A program made the position numbers and the translations under genes. The notes below the pieces were generated by a model that saw nothing but the letters and a program-made list of their open reading frames with translations, was not told the DNA's origin and did no database searches. DNA of 64,000 nt, taken from Candidatus Saccharimonadales bacterium. GTDB lineage: Bacteria > Patescibacteriota > Saccharimonadia > Saccharimonadales > 2-12-FULL-41-12. Where the stretch lies: the NCBI GenBank assembly GCA_025451045.1, contig JANWLD010000003.1:69690-133689 (forward strand). Reading direction: 5' to 3'. The stretch's first letter is position 1. Every line of letters starts with the position of its first letter. Below, piece after piece: positions 40,726 through 50,316 of this stretch.

Positions 40726-41020
40726 CATCGAGATGTAAATCCTGCATAGCATCATCTAGTTCGGTAGGTTCAGGCTCCGGTTCCATCGCTGCTTCTTCCG
40801 GGGAAGGCAACTCACGAGATGGAGGAGGTTTACGCTTAGAGTCTTTAGCTTGCTTGTCCCATCTTTTATTAAGTTTGGCATTGGTTGTTCTATCTCTTTT
40901 CATCCTTATGTTGGGTGCCAAGGGCTGTTCAGGGTCTTCATCTTCCATCCAGCCCCACTCTTTCTCGTAAGGTGAATCCAGTTCGGGACCTAGGTCTATA
41001 GAAAAACGTTTGTTTGACAT
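40682..41020 (-). CDS. small hypothetical protein, Pro/Glu-rich
   Basis: 112-aa ORF; TATAAT 7-8 nt upstream. Confidence 0.6.
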   Translation of the reverse strand: MSNKRFSIDLGPELDSPYEKEWGWMEDEDPEQPLAPNIRMKRDRTTNAKLNKRWDKQAKDSKRKPPPSRELPSPEEAAMEPEPEPTELDDAMQDLHLDAIHDIAQEQDQRTP

Positions 41021-41130
41021 ATTTTTTATTATATCATTTTTAACATTATTTGTAAATATTAGAAGTTCGTATGATAGCTTTAATCTACCAGATTCTTTTG
41101 TCCATTAAAATGTTATGATTTAGTTAAGGT

Positions 41131-41652
41131 CTACTTTGATTCGGAAGCTGGAAAGGTTTGCAGGTTGAATTTGATTGGCTTAGTTTGGGCAGGATTGAAA
41201 GTAATGACAGATAGTTCTTGTTTTGTTCCTAGCCATTGTTCATCCACGGAGTGCTCGTCTACGAGTTCCGTAATTATGCGACCGAACACATATTCGCGGT
41301 CGGTTAAGACGTCCGTATCGTGTATTCTTTCTGTTTCCGTATTGCCACCGGCTAAAGTCGTACCGCTGAGCCAGGCTTTCAGCTCCAAACTATCCCTTTC
41401 GATTTCTTTAAGCTGGTCAATCATGTCGTCAAAGCTTGCTCGGTCGCCATTGTGGCGCGAATGAGGCGAAGAGAAGTGGCCTAGATAACCTCTTCTCAAG
41501 CGCGGATTAACTACGGCAATAACTAGGCAGGAAGACACGCCAAGAGTGCCGAGCAGGCCGTCGGTTTTGGTGGCTTTCCATTCGCCTTGGGCTACTTCGG
41601 CAAAACCGTTAGGCAGTTCCGGCCGCCCTTCAACTAAACTCAAATCGCTCAT
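41131..41652 (-). CDS. CheD-like deamidase-fold protein
   Basis: GTLGVSSCLVIAV...GYLGHF matches the CheD Cys/His motif; ATG 41652 after TATAAT. Confidence 0.65.
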   Translation of the reverse strand: MSDLSLVEGRPELPNGFAEVAQGEWKATKTDGLLGTLGVSSCLVIAVVNPRLRRGYLGHFSSPHSRHNGDRASFDDMIDQLKEIERDSLELKAWLSGTTLAGGNTETERIHDTDVLTDREYVFGRIITELVDEHSVDEQWLGTKQELSVITFNPAQTKPIKFNLQTFPASESK

Positions 41653-41734
41653 TTTTATATTATAAAATACTTCAAACTTTTGGTAAAGATAAAAATAGAC
41701 AAACATATCGTAATATTGTATAATCTAAGAAGTT

Positions 41735-42529
41735 ATGAGTGCTCCAGTACCAGTTGAAGCCCTTGAGATTCTTCCAAACAGACTAAGCGTGGCTGAATTC
41801 AGTCCGCCGGAAGTGCATGCTATTGTTGGCGATGATCCGAAATTGCATAATTTCCGGACCGAAAGCTTCAATTGGATCGCATCCTATCTAGTTGAAGAGG
41901 CTGGGCTGTTTGAAAGTAACGTTGTGGATTGGTTTACTAACAGTGTGCCGGGCGATGGCGAGACACGGCCGATAGACCTTTGGGAAAACGAAGACGGACT
42001 GGAAGAGGTTTTTGAGCTGGCGCAGAAATTTAAACAAGAAAATGATGAATATCTTGCTGAAGACGACAAAAAATACGGTGTGAAAATCAAGCCGAGATCG
42101 CATGATGTCGCAAGCTATGCGCTAGGCATACTATATAAAAGTTTTAGCATAGCAGGAGCTGGCATTACTTACGATTGGCTGAACCCGGAAGATACTCAGA
42201 TGCGTGCGATATTTAATCCTGACAATGACACAGGACCGGTTGTTCGCTGGAAAAGCAACAGTGTTCTTGAAGATTTTAGAATAACCATCAATCAAGGCGA
42301 CAGGACGGGGATGTATTATGTAGTCCAACATGTAAGACCGAATGAAAAACCGCTTCATTTGCAATCCGGAGTAGTTGAACATTTCAAGGGAGAACCTTTT
42401 GGCGATTCGACAACTGATTCGGATTTGGACGGCCGTCCGCCTAGCGCTAATGACGTAGCGCCTTTTGTAATAGCTGTAGCAAACGAAACCCTCAATCATT
42501 CTTTGAAGCCTATGGCCGCGGCTGCCTAA
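41735..42529 (+). CDS. hypothetical protein
   Basis: 264-aa acidic ORF with TAGACA..TATAAT upstream. Confidence 0.6.
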   Translation: MSAPVPVEALEILPNRLSVAEFSPPEVHAIVGDDPKLHNFRTESFNWIASYLVEEAGLFESNVVDWFTNSVPGDGETRPIDLWENEDGLEEVFELAQKFKQENDEYLAEDDKKYGVKIKPRSHDVASYALGILYKSFSIAGAGITYDWLNPEDTQMRAIFNPDNDTGPVVRWKSNSVLEDFRITINQGDRTGMYYVVQHVRPNEKPLHLQSGVVEHFKGEPFGDSTTDSDLDGRPPSANDVAPFVIAVANETLNHSLKPMAAAA

Positions 42530-42677
42530 ATCTCTGATATGATTGTCGGCGGGATAATATTATTGAACATAGTTTGATGGGTAGGCGTATACTTAAGACA
42601 GAACAAAAATATCAAATTATTAATTAAACAAGCTCGCCGAAAATTTTTGATAAATTTAAGCGGGCAAGGAGGGGAAA

Positions 42678-43052
42678 ATGTTAAGCGATTTTAACATTGC
42701 GCCGACGGTGGCGGTAAAAAACATAGAAGAGGCAAAAAAATTTTATGAAGGTAAGCTCGGCCTGAGCGGGGAATCCGATCCGGGCGGAATCAGGTACAAA
42801 TGCGGCAGTACATACTTGTATGTGTATGAGTCGCAATACGCGGGTAGCAATAAGGCTACTTATGCGGGTTGGAATACCCCGGACTTGTCTGCGGTAGTCG
42901 AGGAGTTAAAATCGAAAGGCGTAACGTTTGAAAAATACGATATGCCGAACGTTACCTATGAAGGCGACATACACGTCCTGGAAGGTGCATACAGGGCCGT
43001 ATGGTTCAAAGACCCGGATGGCAATATATTTGCCATTGACGAGCGTGAATAA
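42678..43052 (+). CDS. VOC/glyoxalase family protein
   Basis: AKKFYEGKLGL, ELKSKGVTF, WFKDPDGN; strong SD AAGGAGG. Confidence 0.92.
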   Translation: MLSDFNIAPTVAVKNIEEAKKFYEGKLGLSGESDPGGIRYKCGSTYLYVYESQYAGSNKATYAGWNTPDLSAVVEELKSKGVTFEKYDMPNVTYEGDIHVLEGAYRAVWFKDPDGNIFAIDERE

Positions 43053-43476
43053 TCCAGTAGAATTACTGGAGCTTATGACAATAAAAGGGATAGTTATACC
43101 CAATAAACGCAATGGAACAAAATTTGGCTATCCGACGGCGAATATTACTTTCGGCGATCGGACCACCGACGGGCTATTTGTCGGCTATACTTCGCTTTTG
43201 ACCACTGATAATGTGAAAGTTGCGGCGGCATTTATCAACCGTAAACTGCCGTCGATAATTTTTATCGGGGCGGCCGAAACTTTGAATGAGACCGAGCATA
43301 GGCTGGAGTCGCATATATTGGATTTTCCGTTGATTGATTTGTATGGCAGTGAAATAGAAGTTGAGGTGCTGGAAAGACTGCGTGACAACGTGAAATTTGA
43401 AAGCGTCGAAAAGCTGATAGAACAAATGAAACTCGATGAACAGAACACCCGCGCTTGGTTCAGCCAAAAGGACTGA
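43045..43476 (+). CDS. stand-alone riboflavin kinase domain
   Basis: GTKFGYPTAN, LESHILDF..DLYG, LRDNVKF; no FAD-synthetase domain. Confidence 0.85.
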   Translation: MNNPVELLELMTIKGIVIPNKRNGTKFGYPTANITFGDRTTDGLFVGYTSLLTTDNVKVAAAFINRKLPSIIFIGAAETLNETEHRLESHILDFPLIDLYGSEIEVEVLERLRDNVKFESVEKLIEQMKLDEQNTRAWFSQKD

Positions 43477-43477
43477 C

Positions 43478-44401
43478 TTAAGAGCTGGCGATTTGGTCAA
43501 GCAGGGCCATGCGGATATAAAGTCCGTTGCCGGCCTGCTCGAAATACTTGGCGCGCGGGTCTTTGTCTACTTCAGGGTCAATCTCGTCTACGCGGGGGAG
43601 AGGATGTAGGATTATGGCTTCTTTAGGTAATTTTGAAATATTATCTGCTGTCAGCGTAAATCCGCCGCTGTCTATCGAACCCGGGTTTTCCAGACGTTCT
43701 TTTTGCAAGCGGGTCCAGTAAACTACGTCAGTATCAGCAAAAACTTTGTTTACATCATCGGTTTCATCATAGGTTGTGCCGGATTTTTGTAGCAGTTGTT
43801 TTATATCGTCAGCCATTTGTAGTTCAGGGGTGGAGACAAAACTGACGTGGTTGCCGGGATATAAGGCAAGCAGGCGGCAAAGCGAACGGATAGTACGGCC
43901 ATACTTGAGATCACCGCCGGCTACAACTTTGAGATTATCCAAGCGGCCGAAGTGTTTTTTGATGGTGTAGGCGTCTAGTAACGCCTGGGTTGGATGTTCG
44001 CCGGTGCCATCGCCGGCATTGATGATAGGCACCTTGCTGACAGAAGCGGCTTTCCCGGCGGCGCCGGTTTCAGTATGCCGGATAATTATCGCGCTTAGCC
44101 CGTAATTGTTAAGGACGTTTATAGTGTCTTCCAGCGTTTCGCCTTTGGCGGCAGAGGAAAACCCGGCGGCGTTTTCGGTGGAAACAACGCCCATACCGAG
44201 TTTCAAGCCGGCGGTTTCAAAACTCAAGCGCGTCCGGGTGGAAGGCTCATAAAACAGCGTACAAATCTGTTTGTCAAAGTGTTTCTGGGCCAGTTCCTTA
44301 GCGGCTTTTTTGTCTTTTAGTCTCCGTTCAATCGATTCAGCAAGGGAAAATATTTTTTCCAGTTGTTTTATATCAAATTGGTCAACCGACAAAACATCCA
44401 T
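43478..44401 (-). CDS. pyrB: aspartate carbamoyltransferase catalytic subunit
   Basis: FYEPSTRTRLSF, HPTQALLD, HPLPR. Confidence 0.96.
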   Translation of the reverse strand: MDVLSVDQFDIKQLEKIFSLAESIERRLKDKKAAKELAQKHFDKQICTLFYEPSTRTRLSFETAGLKLGMGVVSTENAAGFSSAAKGETLEDTINVLNNYGLSAIIIRHTETGAAGKAASVSKVPIINAGDGTGEHPTQALLDAYTIKKHFGRLDNLKVVAGGDLKYGRTIRSLCRLLALYPGNHVSFVSTPELQMADDIKQLLQKSGTTYDETDDVNKVFADTDVVYWTRLQKERLENPGSIDSGGFTLTADNISKLPKEAIILHPLPRVDEIDPEVDKDPRAKYFEQAGNGLYIRMALLDQIASS

Positions 44402-44471
44402 GTTCGATACACCATTCTGAGCCATAAGGATAATAAAATCAAGCATAACTGCTGTTATACTAGTTTTGATA

Positions 44472-45761
44472 ATGAAAGAAGAAAAAAACGCCGAAATCTT
44501 TCCAAAACACTTTTTCTGGGGCGCCAGTATATCGGCCCATCAGGTCGAAGGCGACAATCACAACCAATGGACGGTCTGGGAGCTGGAGAACGCCTCAAGG
44601 CTGGCCCAAACCGCCCATATCCGCCTGAGCTGGCTGCCGACCTGGGCGAAGTTCAAAGATCAGGCCGAAGAGCCGTCGAACTACGTATCGGGGGAGGGTG
44701 TAGACCACTACCGCAGATATAAAGAGGATTTTGACCTGATTAAGAAGCTGAACCTGAATTCTTTGCGGTTTACGATTGAATGGTCGCGGATTGAGCCGGA
44801 AGAGGGCAAATGGGATGAAGAAGCGATAGAATACTACAAAAATTACGTTCGCGAGCTGAGAAAGCGTAAAATAGAGCCGTTTTTAAACATCTGGCATTGG
44901 ACGCTTCCGGTATGGTTTGCCGAACTTGGAGGGTTTGAGAAAAAAGCCAATCTAAAACATTTCGACCGCTTTATCGAGAAAATCTGTAAAGCCGGACTGC
45001 TGGATGACATCGAATACGTGCTGACCATCAACGAACCAAGCAATTACGCCACTTTTTGCTATCTGTTAGGGGAGTGGCCGCCGCAAGATAAAAATATCTG
45101 GAAGTTTACCAAAGTTTACTGGTACATGACTAAAGTGCACAAGCGGAGCTATAAGATAATCAAAGCGCATAAGCCGTCGATACAGGTGGGGCTGGCGATG
45201 ATTTTAGCCAACATTCAGGCCAAGCATCCTCATAACATACTGGATGAAACTTCGACCAAAATTATGCGCTATGTCTGGAACTGGTGGTTTTTGCGGCGGG
45301 TAAAGCGCCAGGTTGATTTTATAGGGGTGAATTATTATTTCAGCGACTATTACACCGGACTGGGGCGGCGGGATAACCCGAAAGTACCACTAAATGACCT
45401 CGGCTGGTATGCAGAGCCGGAGGGGCTTTATCCGATTTTGCTGCGTAGTTGGGCAAAGTTTAAAAAACCGTTGTTTGTTTCCGAAAGCGGTATTGCCGAC
45501 AGTGATGACGGGTTAAGGCATTGGTGGATACAGGAGAATATAGTCGCTATGGAGCGGGCGCTCAGCGAAGGCGTGGATTTGCGCGGTTACTTCCATTGGA
45601 GCCTGCTGGATAATTTTGAATGGGCCTATGGATGGTGGCCGCAGTTCGGACTGATACATGTTGATAGAAAAAACGACATGAAGCGTATAATCCGGCCCAG
45701 TGCCTGGTGGTTCGCGCTGTGGATATCCAAGCTTAAAAAAGCCCAGGGCGAACAAGAATGA
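44472..45761 (+). CDS. glycoside hydrolase family 1
   Basis: WGASISAHQVEG, TINEP, VSESG, WSLLDNFEW. Confidence 0.93.
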   Translation: MKEEKNAEIFPKHFFWGASISAHQVEGDNHNQWTVWELENASRLAQTAHIRLSWLPTWAKFKDQAEEPSNYVSGEGVDHYRRYKEDFDLIKKLNLNSLRFTIEWSRIEPEEGKWDEEAIEYYKNYVRELRKRKIEPFLNIWHWTLPVWFAELGGFEKKANLKHFDRFIEKICKAGLLDDIEYVLTINEPSNYATFCYLLGEWPPQDKNIWKFTKVYWYMTKVHKRSYKIIKAHKPSIQVGLAMILANIQAKHPHNILDETSTKIMRYVWNWWFLRRVKRQVDFIGVNYYFSDYYTGLGRRDNPKVPLNDLGWYAEPEGLYPILLRSWAKFKKPLFVSESGIADSDDGLRHWWIQENIVAMERALSEGVDLRGYFHWSLLDNFEWAYGWWPQFGLIHVDRKNDMKRIIRPSAWWFALWISKLKKAQGEQE

Positions 45762-45807
45762 TAAAAAATGTGTTCAGTAATTTAAAATAGCGTCATAAGG
45801 AGTAAAT

Positions 45808-46338
45808 ATGGACAGTATAACCGACAAATTACCGGAGCGCTTAGAGGAAGAAGGGCTGAAAGTTATAGTCGCTCAGGCACGCGACGTACCTGAAAAATAT
45901 ATCAAACAGGTTATCGAAAAATCCCGCCAGCCGCATGTGATGCAGTTTGAAGGGCATGAGGATGCCGGCGGGCGGTTCAAGGATTTGCCAGCCTATCAAA
46001 AATGGGCTGAGAAAGACCGATTAGTTTATCTGTTAATGAACAACGAAGATGTTGGCGGCATAATCTGGTTTGGCAGACGCCTAAACGAGCATATTGACCC
46101 CAAATATCAACTGACTTTCGGTATCCGGCTTTATGAAGGCTGCGTTGGCAAAGGGCTGGCAGTGCCGTTTATGAGGGTGACTCATGATGATTTGAAACGG
46201 TTTTATCCCGGAGAATCCATCTGGCTTGATTTTGCCGAAGATAATATAGCGGCCCGCAAAGCATACGAAAAGTTCGGCTATATACATCTGACAGAAGCCG
46301 AAGGGCGGGCAGTTATGGGTTATCATATAGGCAAATGA
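45808..46338 (+). CDS. GNAT-family acetyltransferase
   Basis: GKGLA, NIAARKAYEKFGY. Confidence 0.8.
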   Translation: MDSITDKLPERLEEEGLKVIVAQARDVPEKYIKQVIEKSRQPHVMQFEGHEDAGGRFKDLPAYQKWAEKDRLVYLLMNNEDVGGIIWFGRRLNEHIDPKYQLTFGIRLYEGCVGKGLAVPFMRVTHDDLKRFYPGESIWLDFAEDNIAARKAYEKFGYIHLTEAEGRAVMGYHIGK

Positions 46339-47303
46339 ACGATAAAAAAATCGTCGTAATAGGAGGTGGACACGGTGCCAGCATAGTTCTGTCGGCGCTG
46401 GATGGCTCCGGCCTGAAACTATGCGGAGTATTGTCGATGGCTGATGACGGCGGTTCGACTGGCAGGCTTAGGAAAGAACTGGGGGTCTCCGCAGTCGGTG
46501 ACATACGGCAATGCTTGGTTGCTTTGTCTGCTAAACCGGACATCGCTAGGCTGTTCGCCTACCGGTTTGACAGAGGGAACTTAAGCGGACACAGTTTAGG
46601 CAACCTGTTCTTAGCGGCCGGCGAACTGCAAACAGGCAGTATCGAAAAAAGCATTGAAGCGGCCAAGAAACCACTGGGCGTTAGCGTCGATATAGTACCT
46701 TCTACCGAAGATAAATGCGACCTAGTACTTAACCAGGGCGACAAAATGGTAGTAGGCGTCTATGATATTGCCAACACCGATTTTGGAAACGATAAACCGG
46801 ATTTGGCACTAAAGCCTGCCGCCGCACTGTCAGCTTCGGCCAAAGCGGTGATTGAGGCGGCCGACTTAATCATCATCGCACCCGGCAATTTCTATTGTTC
46901 GATTATCCCGGTACTGCTGGTAGAAGGAATGGCCAGGGCGATAAATGATTCGAATGCAAAAGTTATTCAAATATGTAATCTGGTCAACCGGAGCGGGCAA
47001 ACAGCAGGCTTTAGCGCTACTGACTATCCTCAGGAGATTAAGCGATTGGCCGGACCGATAAAGCTGGATACGCTTATTTATAACACTTCAGCTATCCCCT
47101 CTGATTGCTTGAGACAGGGCGAGGAGCCGGTGGCTGCCAGTAATGTAAAAGCAGCAGATTATAAAATACAGGGCAGCGAAATATCCGATAACCAAAAAGT
47201 CCCCGCAAATGAAAATGATAAAATTGCGCCGGTTCGCTCGCTGGTTCGGCATGATAAGGCTAAACTGGCCCAAGCTATCGCAGAAGCCGCAGAGGGGCTA
47301 TAA
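46335..47303 (+). CDS. YvcK/GlmR (CofD-related) protein
   Basis: VIGGGHG, ADDGGSTGRLR, GHSLGNL, RHD. Confidence 0.92.
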   Translation: MNDKKIVVIGGGHGASIVLSALDGSGLKLCGVLSMADDGGSTGRLRKELGVSAVGDIRQCLVALSAKPDIARLFAYRFDRGNLSGHSLGNLFLAAGELQTGSIEKSIEAAKKPLGVSVDIVPSTEDKCDLVLNQGDKMVVGVYDIANTDFGNDKPDLALKPAAALSASAKAVIEAADLIIIAPGNFYCSIIPVLLVEGMARAINDSNAKVIQICNLVNRSGQTAGFSATDYPQEIKRLAGPIKLDTLIYNTSAIPSDCLRQGEEPVAASNVKAADYKIQGSEISDNQKVPANENDKIAPVRSLVRHDKAKLAQAIAEAAEGL

Positions 47304-47951
47304 ATGACCGAAAACAGCGTTTTATACGTAATTGACTTGGATAGGACGCTGTTGAATGTAGATAAAGTAATGGAGTTGGTCGAAAAGGTCTGTATTCAAA
47401 TCGACATTGATTACGAAAATATTAAAAAAGCTCAGCGTATTGTGGCCGAAGCCGGTAAATCATACAGCCCGATAGAAACCATCGGCGAACATGGGGAAGA
47501 AAAACTAGAACAATTCAGGGAAAAATTTGTCGAAACGGCCAACGCTAAAGAGTTAATTTACCCCGATGGAAAGCGCTACCTTGATAAGCTGGAAAGTGTT
47601 TCAGCACAGTATATTATTCTGACGTATGCCTTAAACGAAGAGTGGCAGAGGCTCAAGTTTGAAGCCGCGGAGCTGGCCCAGATACCGCATATCATCACTT
47701 TTTCTTCCGACAAAGACCGCCAACTGGCCAGCTGGCAAAGTGAGGATGGCGTATTCATGGCCCCTGTAACGGGAATCAAGCCGGCTCAGAAACTAGTATT
47801 TATCGATGACCGTCTAAGGGTTTTCCAAAATCTCCCGAAAAATTGCGAAGGCTACCGGATTAAAAGGTCGGATTCTTTGGATGAAGAAGGGGTTTTGCCG
47901 CATGGCGTGCGCCAAATCGCCAGCTTCGATGAAATAATTGACAAAGTGTAA
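47304..47951 (+). CDS. HAD-superfamily hydrolase
   Basis: DLDRTL motif I, FIDD motif IV. Confidence 0.75.
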   Translation: MTENSVLYVIDLDRTLLNVDKVMELVEKVCIQIDIDYENIKKAQRIVAEAGKSYSPIETIGEHGEEKLEQFREKFVETANAKELIYPDGKRYLDKLESVSAQYIILTYALNEEWQRLKFEAAELAQIPHIITFSSDKDRQLASWQSEDGVFMAPVTGIKPAQKLVFIDDRLRVFQNLPKNCEGYRIKRSDSLDEEGVLPHGVRQIASFDEIIDKV

Positions 47952-48065
47952 CACCGATTACACTAGTGTAGTGAATCAGCCATAAACGCTAGATGTGGTG
48001 TATTTTTTACCCCTGTGGAAAACTCTGAGGCTTTTCTCTATAAAAACAGTAAAAAACTCTTGTCT

Positions 48066-48111
48066 GTGGGAGATTGTGGGTAGTAAACTCATGTTAGTGG
48101 GTAATCGTAGG
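48066..48111 (+). promoter_or_regulatory. probable MraZ operator repeats
   Basis: GTGGG at 48066, 48076, 48097 and GTAGG at 48107 (10-bp spaced pairs) upstream of mraZ. Confidence 0.7.
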
Positions 48112-48203
48112 TAATCAAAAGCAATTATCAACGAACAGCTCGAACCTTTAAAACAGAGGTTTGAGGCAAAAATAAAAACCACTAGTATCACTAAATAACT
48201 TTT

Positions 48204-48590
48204 ATGGCCACAGTAGACTACTTTGAGAGGAAACTAGATGAGAAACGGCGGTTAACTATACCGCCTGAACTTCGTCATCAGTTTGCGACCGGAGCAGTCG
48301 TGACCCGAGGGTTCGGCAAATACCTGCACCTATACCCGAAAGATGTATGGGATCGCCGGGTAGAACCCAGGCTCGACGGCGATATTCTCGATGAGAAGAT
48401 TGCTGACTTGAACGTCCGGTTTAGGACGGGCAAAGTAGAAGCCGAGCCGGATGGGAAACAGGGGCGGATTACGCTGGAGCAGCATTTGCTGGACTACAGC
48501 GGAATCAACCGGGAAGTAGTAGCCGTAGGGGTTGGGCAGTATTGGCGCCTAATGTCGCCGAAAGAGGCTAATAAAGCCGCCGCCAAGTGA
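48204..48590 (+). CDS. mraZ: transcriptional regulator MraZ
   Basis: LDEKRRLTIP and DGKQGRI AbrB-like repeats; first gene of dcw cluster. Confidence 0.92.
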   Translation: MATVDYFERKLDEKRRLTIPPELRHQFATGAVVTRGFGKYLHLYPKDVWDRRVEPRLDGDILDEKIADLNVRFRTGKVEAEPDGKQGRITLEQHLLDYSGINREVVAVGVGQYWRLMSPKEANKAAAK

Positions 48591-48637
48591 TAGTACCTTA
48601 ACAAATAATAGTTCCCCGTATTTTCAAGGGAAATACG

Positions 48638-48880
48638 AGGTCAGCTATTCGGCAGTCAGTAAGTGGAAATTAAAGGGTAACCACTGTAAAAACCCTCGCT
48701 CTTTCTATTTAAAACACCTCCCAAAACTCCACCTCACACATAAGTCTCTAAGAATCACAGTTTGTAAGAGCATCTATCGATAAACTTTAGAGAGTTTATC
48801 TGCTGTTACATCAAAACTGCGTTTCAAATAAAAACAAAAACAACCCAAAAACAAAAAACTGACTGCTGAGTAGGTGACCT
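48638..48880 (+). ncRNA. candidate structured RNA between mraZ and rsmH
   Basis: 23-bp long-range stem 48638-48660/48858-48880 (20 WC, 2 G-U, 1 mismatch). Confidence 0.5.
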
Positions 48881-48926
48881 TGTAAAACAAAAACAAAAAA
48901 ACAAAAACAAACAAGAAGAATCACCT

Positions 48927-49805
48927 ATGAAAAAACAAAAACATGTTCCGGTAATGGCACGCGAAGTACTAGAGTTATTTCAGCCAAAACCGGGCGAGCG
49001 GTATCTGGATCTGACAGCCGGTTATGGCGGGCACGCTTCAGCGGTGCTTGATTATATCGGTAAAGAAGGTTCAATGACGCTTGTCGACAGAGATGAAGAA
49101 GCCATTAGGGCGTTAACAGCTCTGTTTAAAGGAAATAAGCAGGTTGAAATAATCCACCAGGACTTTTTAACCGCTTCAAAGGCTCTGCTACAGCAGGGTA
49201 GCAAGTATGACATGATTTTGGCAGATTTAGGCGTATCGTCACCGCACCTTGACAATCCGGACCGAGGCTTTTCGTTTGCAAGCGAAGGACCGCTTGATAT
49301 GCGTATGGACAGGACGCAGACGCTGAACGCGGCTGAGATAGTCAATACGTATGAAGCGGACCAACTGGCAAAGCTATTTCGTGATTACGGCGAAATAAGA
49401 AATGCGCATAAGTTGGCGCGCAGGCTTGTTGAACACAGACCATATAAAAGCACAAGCGAGTTGGCGAAAAAAATTGTTCAACTTCGCAGGAGTAAGAAGC
49501 GCAGACACCCGGCAACCGAAGTTTTTCAAGCACTGAGGATTGCGGTCAACGATGAGCTCGGACAACTTCAAAAAAGCCTGGACGTATGGATGGAACTATT
49601 GGCGGACCAGGGCAGGATAGGGGTCATATCGTTCCATAGTCTGGAAGACCGGCTGGTAAAGCAGGCCTTCAATGATTATGGCGGTAACCGGTATGACGCC
49701 AGACTGCACATTGTGACCAAAAAAGCGGTTACGGCAGCCGAAAAAGAAGTTGTTTTTAATCCACGTGCCCGAAGCGCTAAACTTCGGGTAGCGCAGCGAA
49801 AATAA
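48927..49805 (+). CDS. rsmH: 16S rRNA m4C1402 methyltransferase
   Basis: HVPV, DLGVSS, PLDMRM, FQALRIAVN, FHSLEDR, NPRARSAKLR. Confidence 0.97.
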   Translation: MKKQKHVPVMAREVLELFQPKPGERYLDLTAGYGGHASAVLDYIGKEGSMTLVDRDEEAIRALTALFKGNKQVEIIHQDFLTASKALLQQGSKYDMILADLGVSSPHLDNPDRGFSFASEGPLDMRMDRTQTLNAAEIVNTYEADQLAKLFRDYGEIRNAHKLARRLVEHRPYKSTSELAKKIVQLRRSKKRRHPATEVFQALRIAVNDELGQLQKSLDVWMELLADQGRIGVISFHSLEDRLVKQAFNDYGGNRYDARLHIVTKKAVTAAEKEVVFNPRARSAKLRVAQRK

Positions 49806-49826
49806 AAACATAGAAAGGGAGACACG

Positions 49827-49886
49827 ATGCCTATACAGGTAAAAAGTACCTCCCGAGCCTACAAAGTACACGTTCGCGTGTTATAG
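49827..49886 (+). CDS. candidate 19-aa small protein
   Basis: MPIQVKSTSRAYKVHVRVL after GAAAGGGA SD-like sequence. Confidence 0.35.
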   Translation: MPIQVKSTSRAYKVHVRVL

Positions 49887-49957
49887 AGGTAGGCGAAGCC
49901 CTGCGGCGGGCCTTGGCCCGCCGGGCAGGGAAAAACAAAAATAAAAAAAGGACAAAC

Positions 49958-50302
49958 ATGACCTATTCAAGTTCAATAAGTATCGGACGCAGACGTTTTG
50001 CCACCCGGCATCAGAACGCGGTTTCGATGGCCGAACAGGCTCGTACTATCGGTCCGGTTAGCAACAGTATCGTACTAGTGATACTCACTTGTCTGCTGGG
50101 ACTACTTTATTTAACGCAAGTCACCAAAACTAACTCCAGCGGTTATAAAATTGACCAGCTGAAAAAAGAGTACTCTCAACTACAGCGCGACCATGACGAG
50201 TTGGAACTGACAGCCGCCCGCCTGCAATCGATGGACAGGGTGGCTAAAAGCAACGCGGCCAAAGAGCTGGCTTCGGTAGCACCAACTGCAACCGTACGCT
50301 AA
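49958..50302 (+). CDS. ftsL: FtsL-like cell division protein
   Basis: TM + coiled coil, located between rsmH and PBP. Confidence 0.7.
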   Translation: MTYSSSISIGRRRFATRHQNAVSMAEQARTIGPVSNSIVLVILTCLLGLLYLTQVTKTNSSGYKIDQLKKEYSQLQRDHDELELTAARLQSMDRVAKSNAAKELASVAPTATVR

Positions 50303-50316
50303 ACGAGGATAAAAAA

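Noticed and set aside
48829..48915. (A)nC tracts as a tandem repeat or contingency locus
   Set aside because: Irregular unit lengths; treated as unstructured linker within the mraZ-rsmH element
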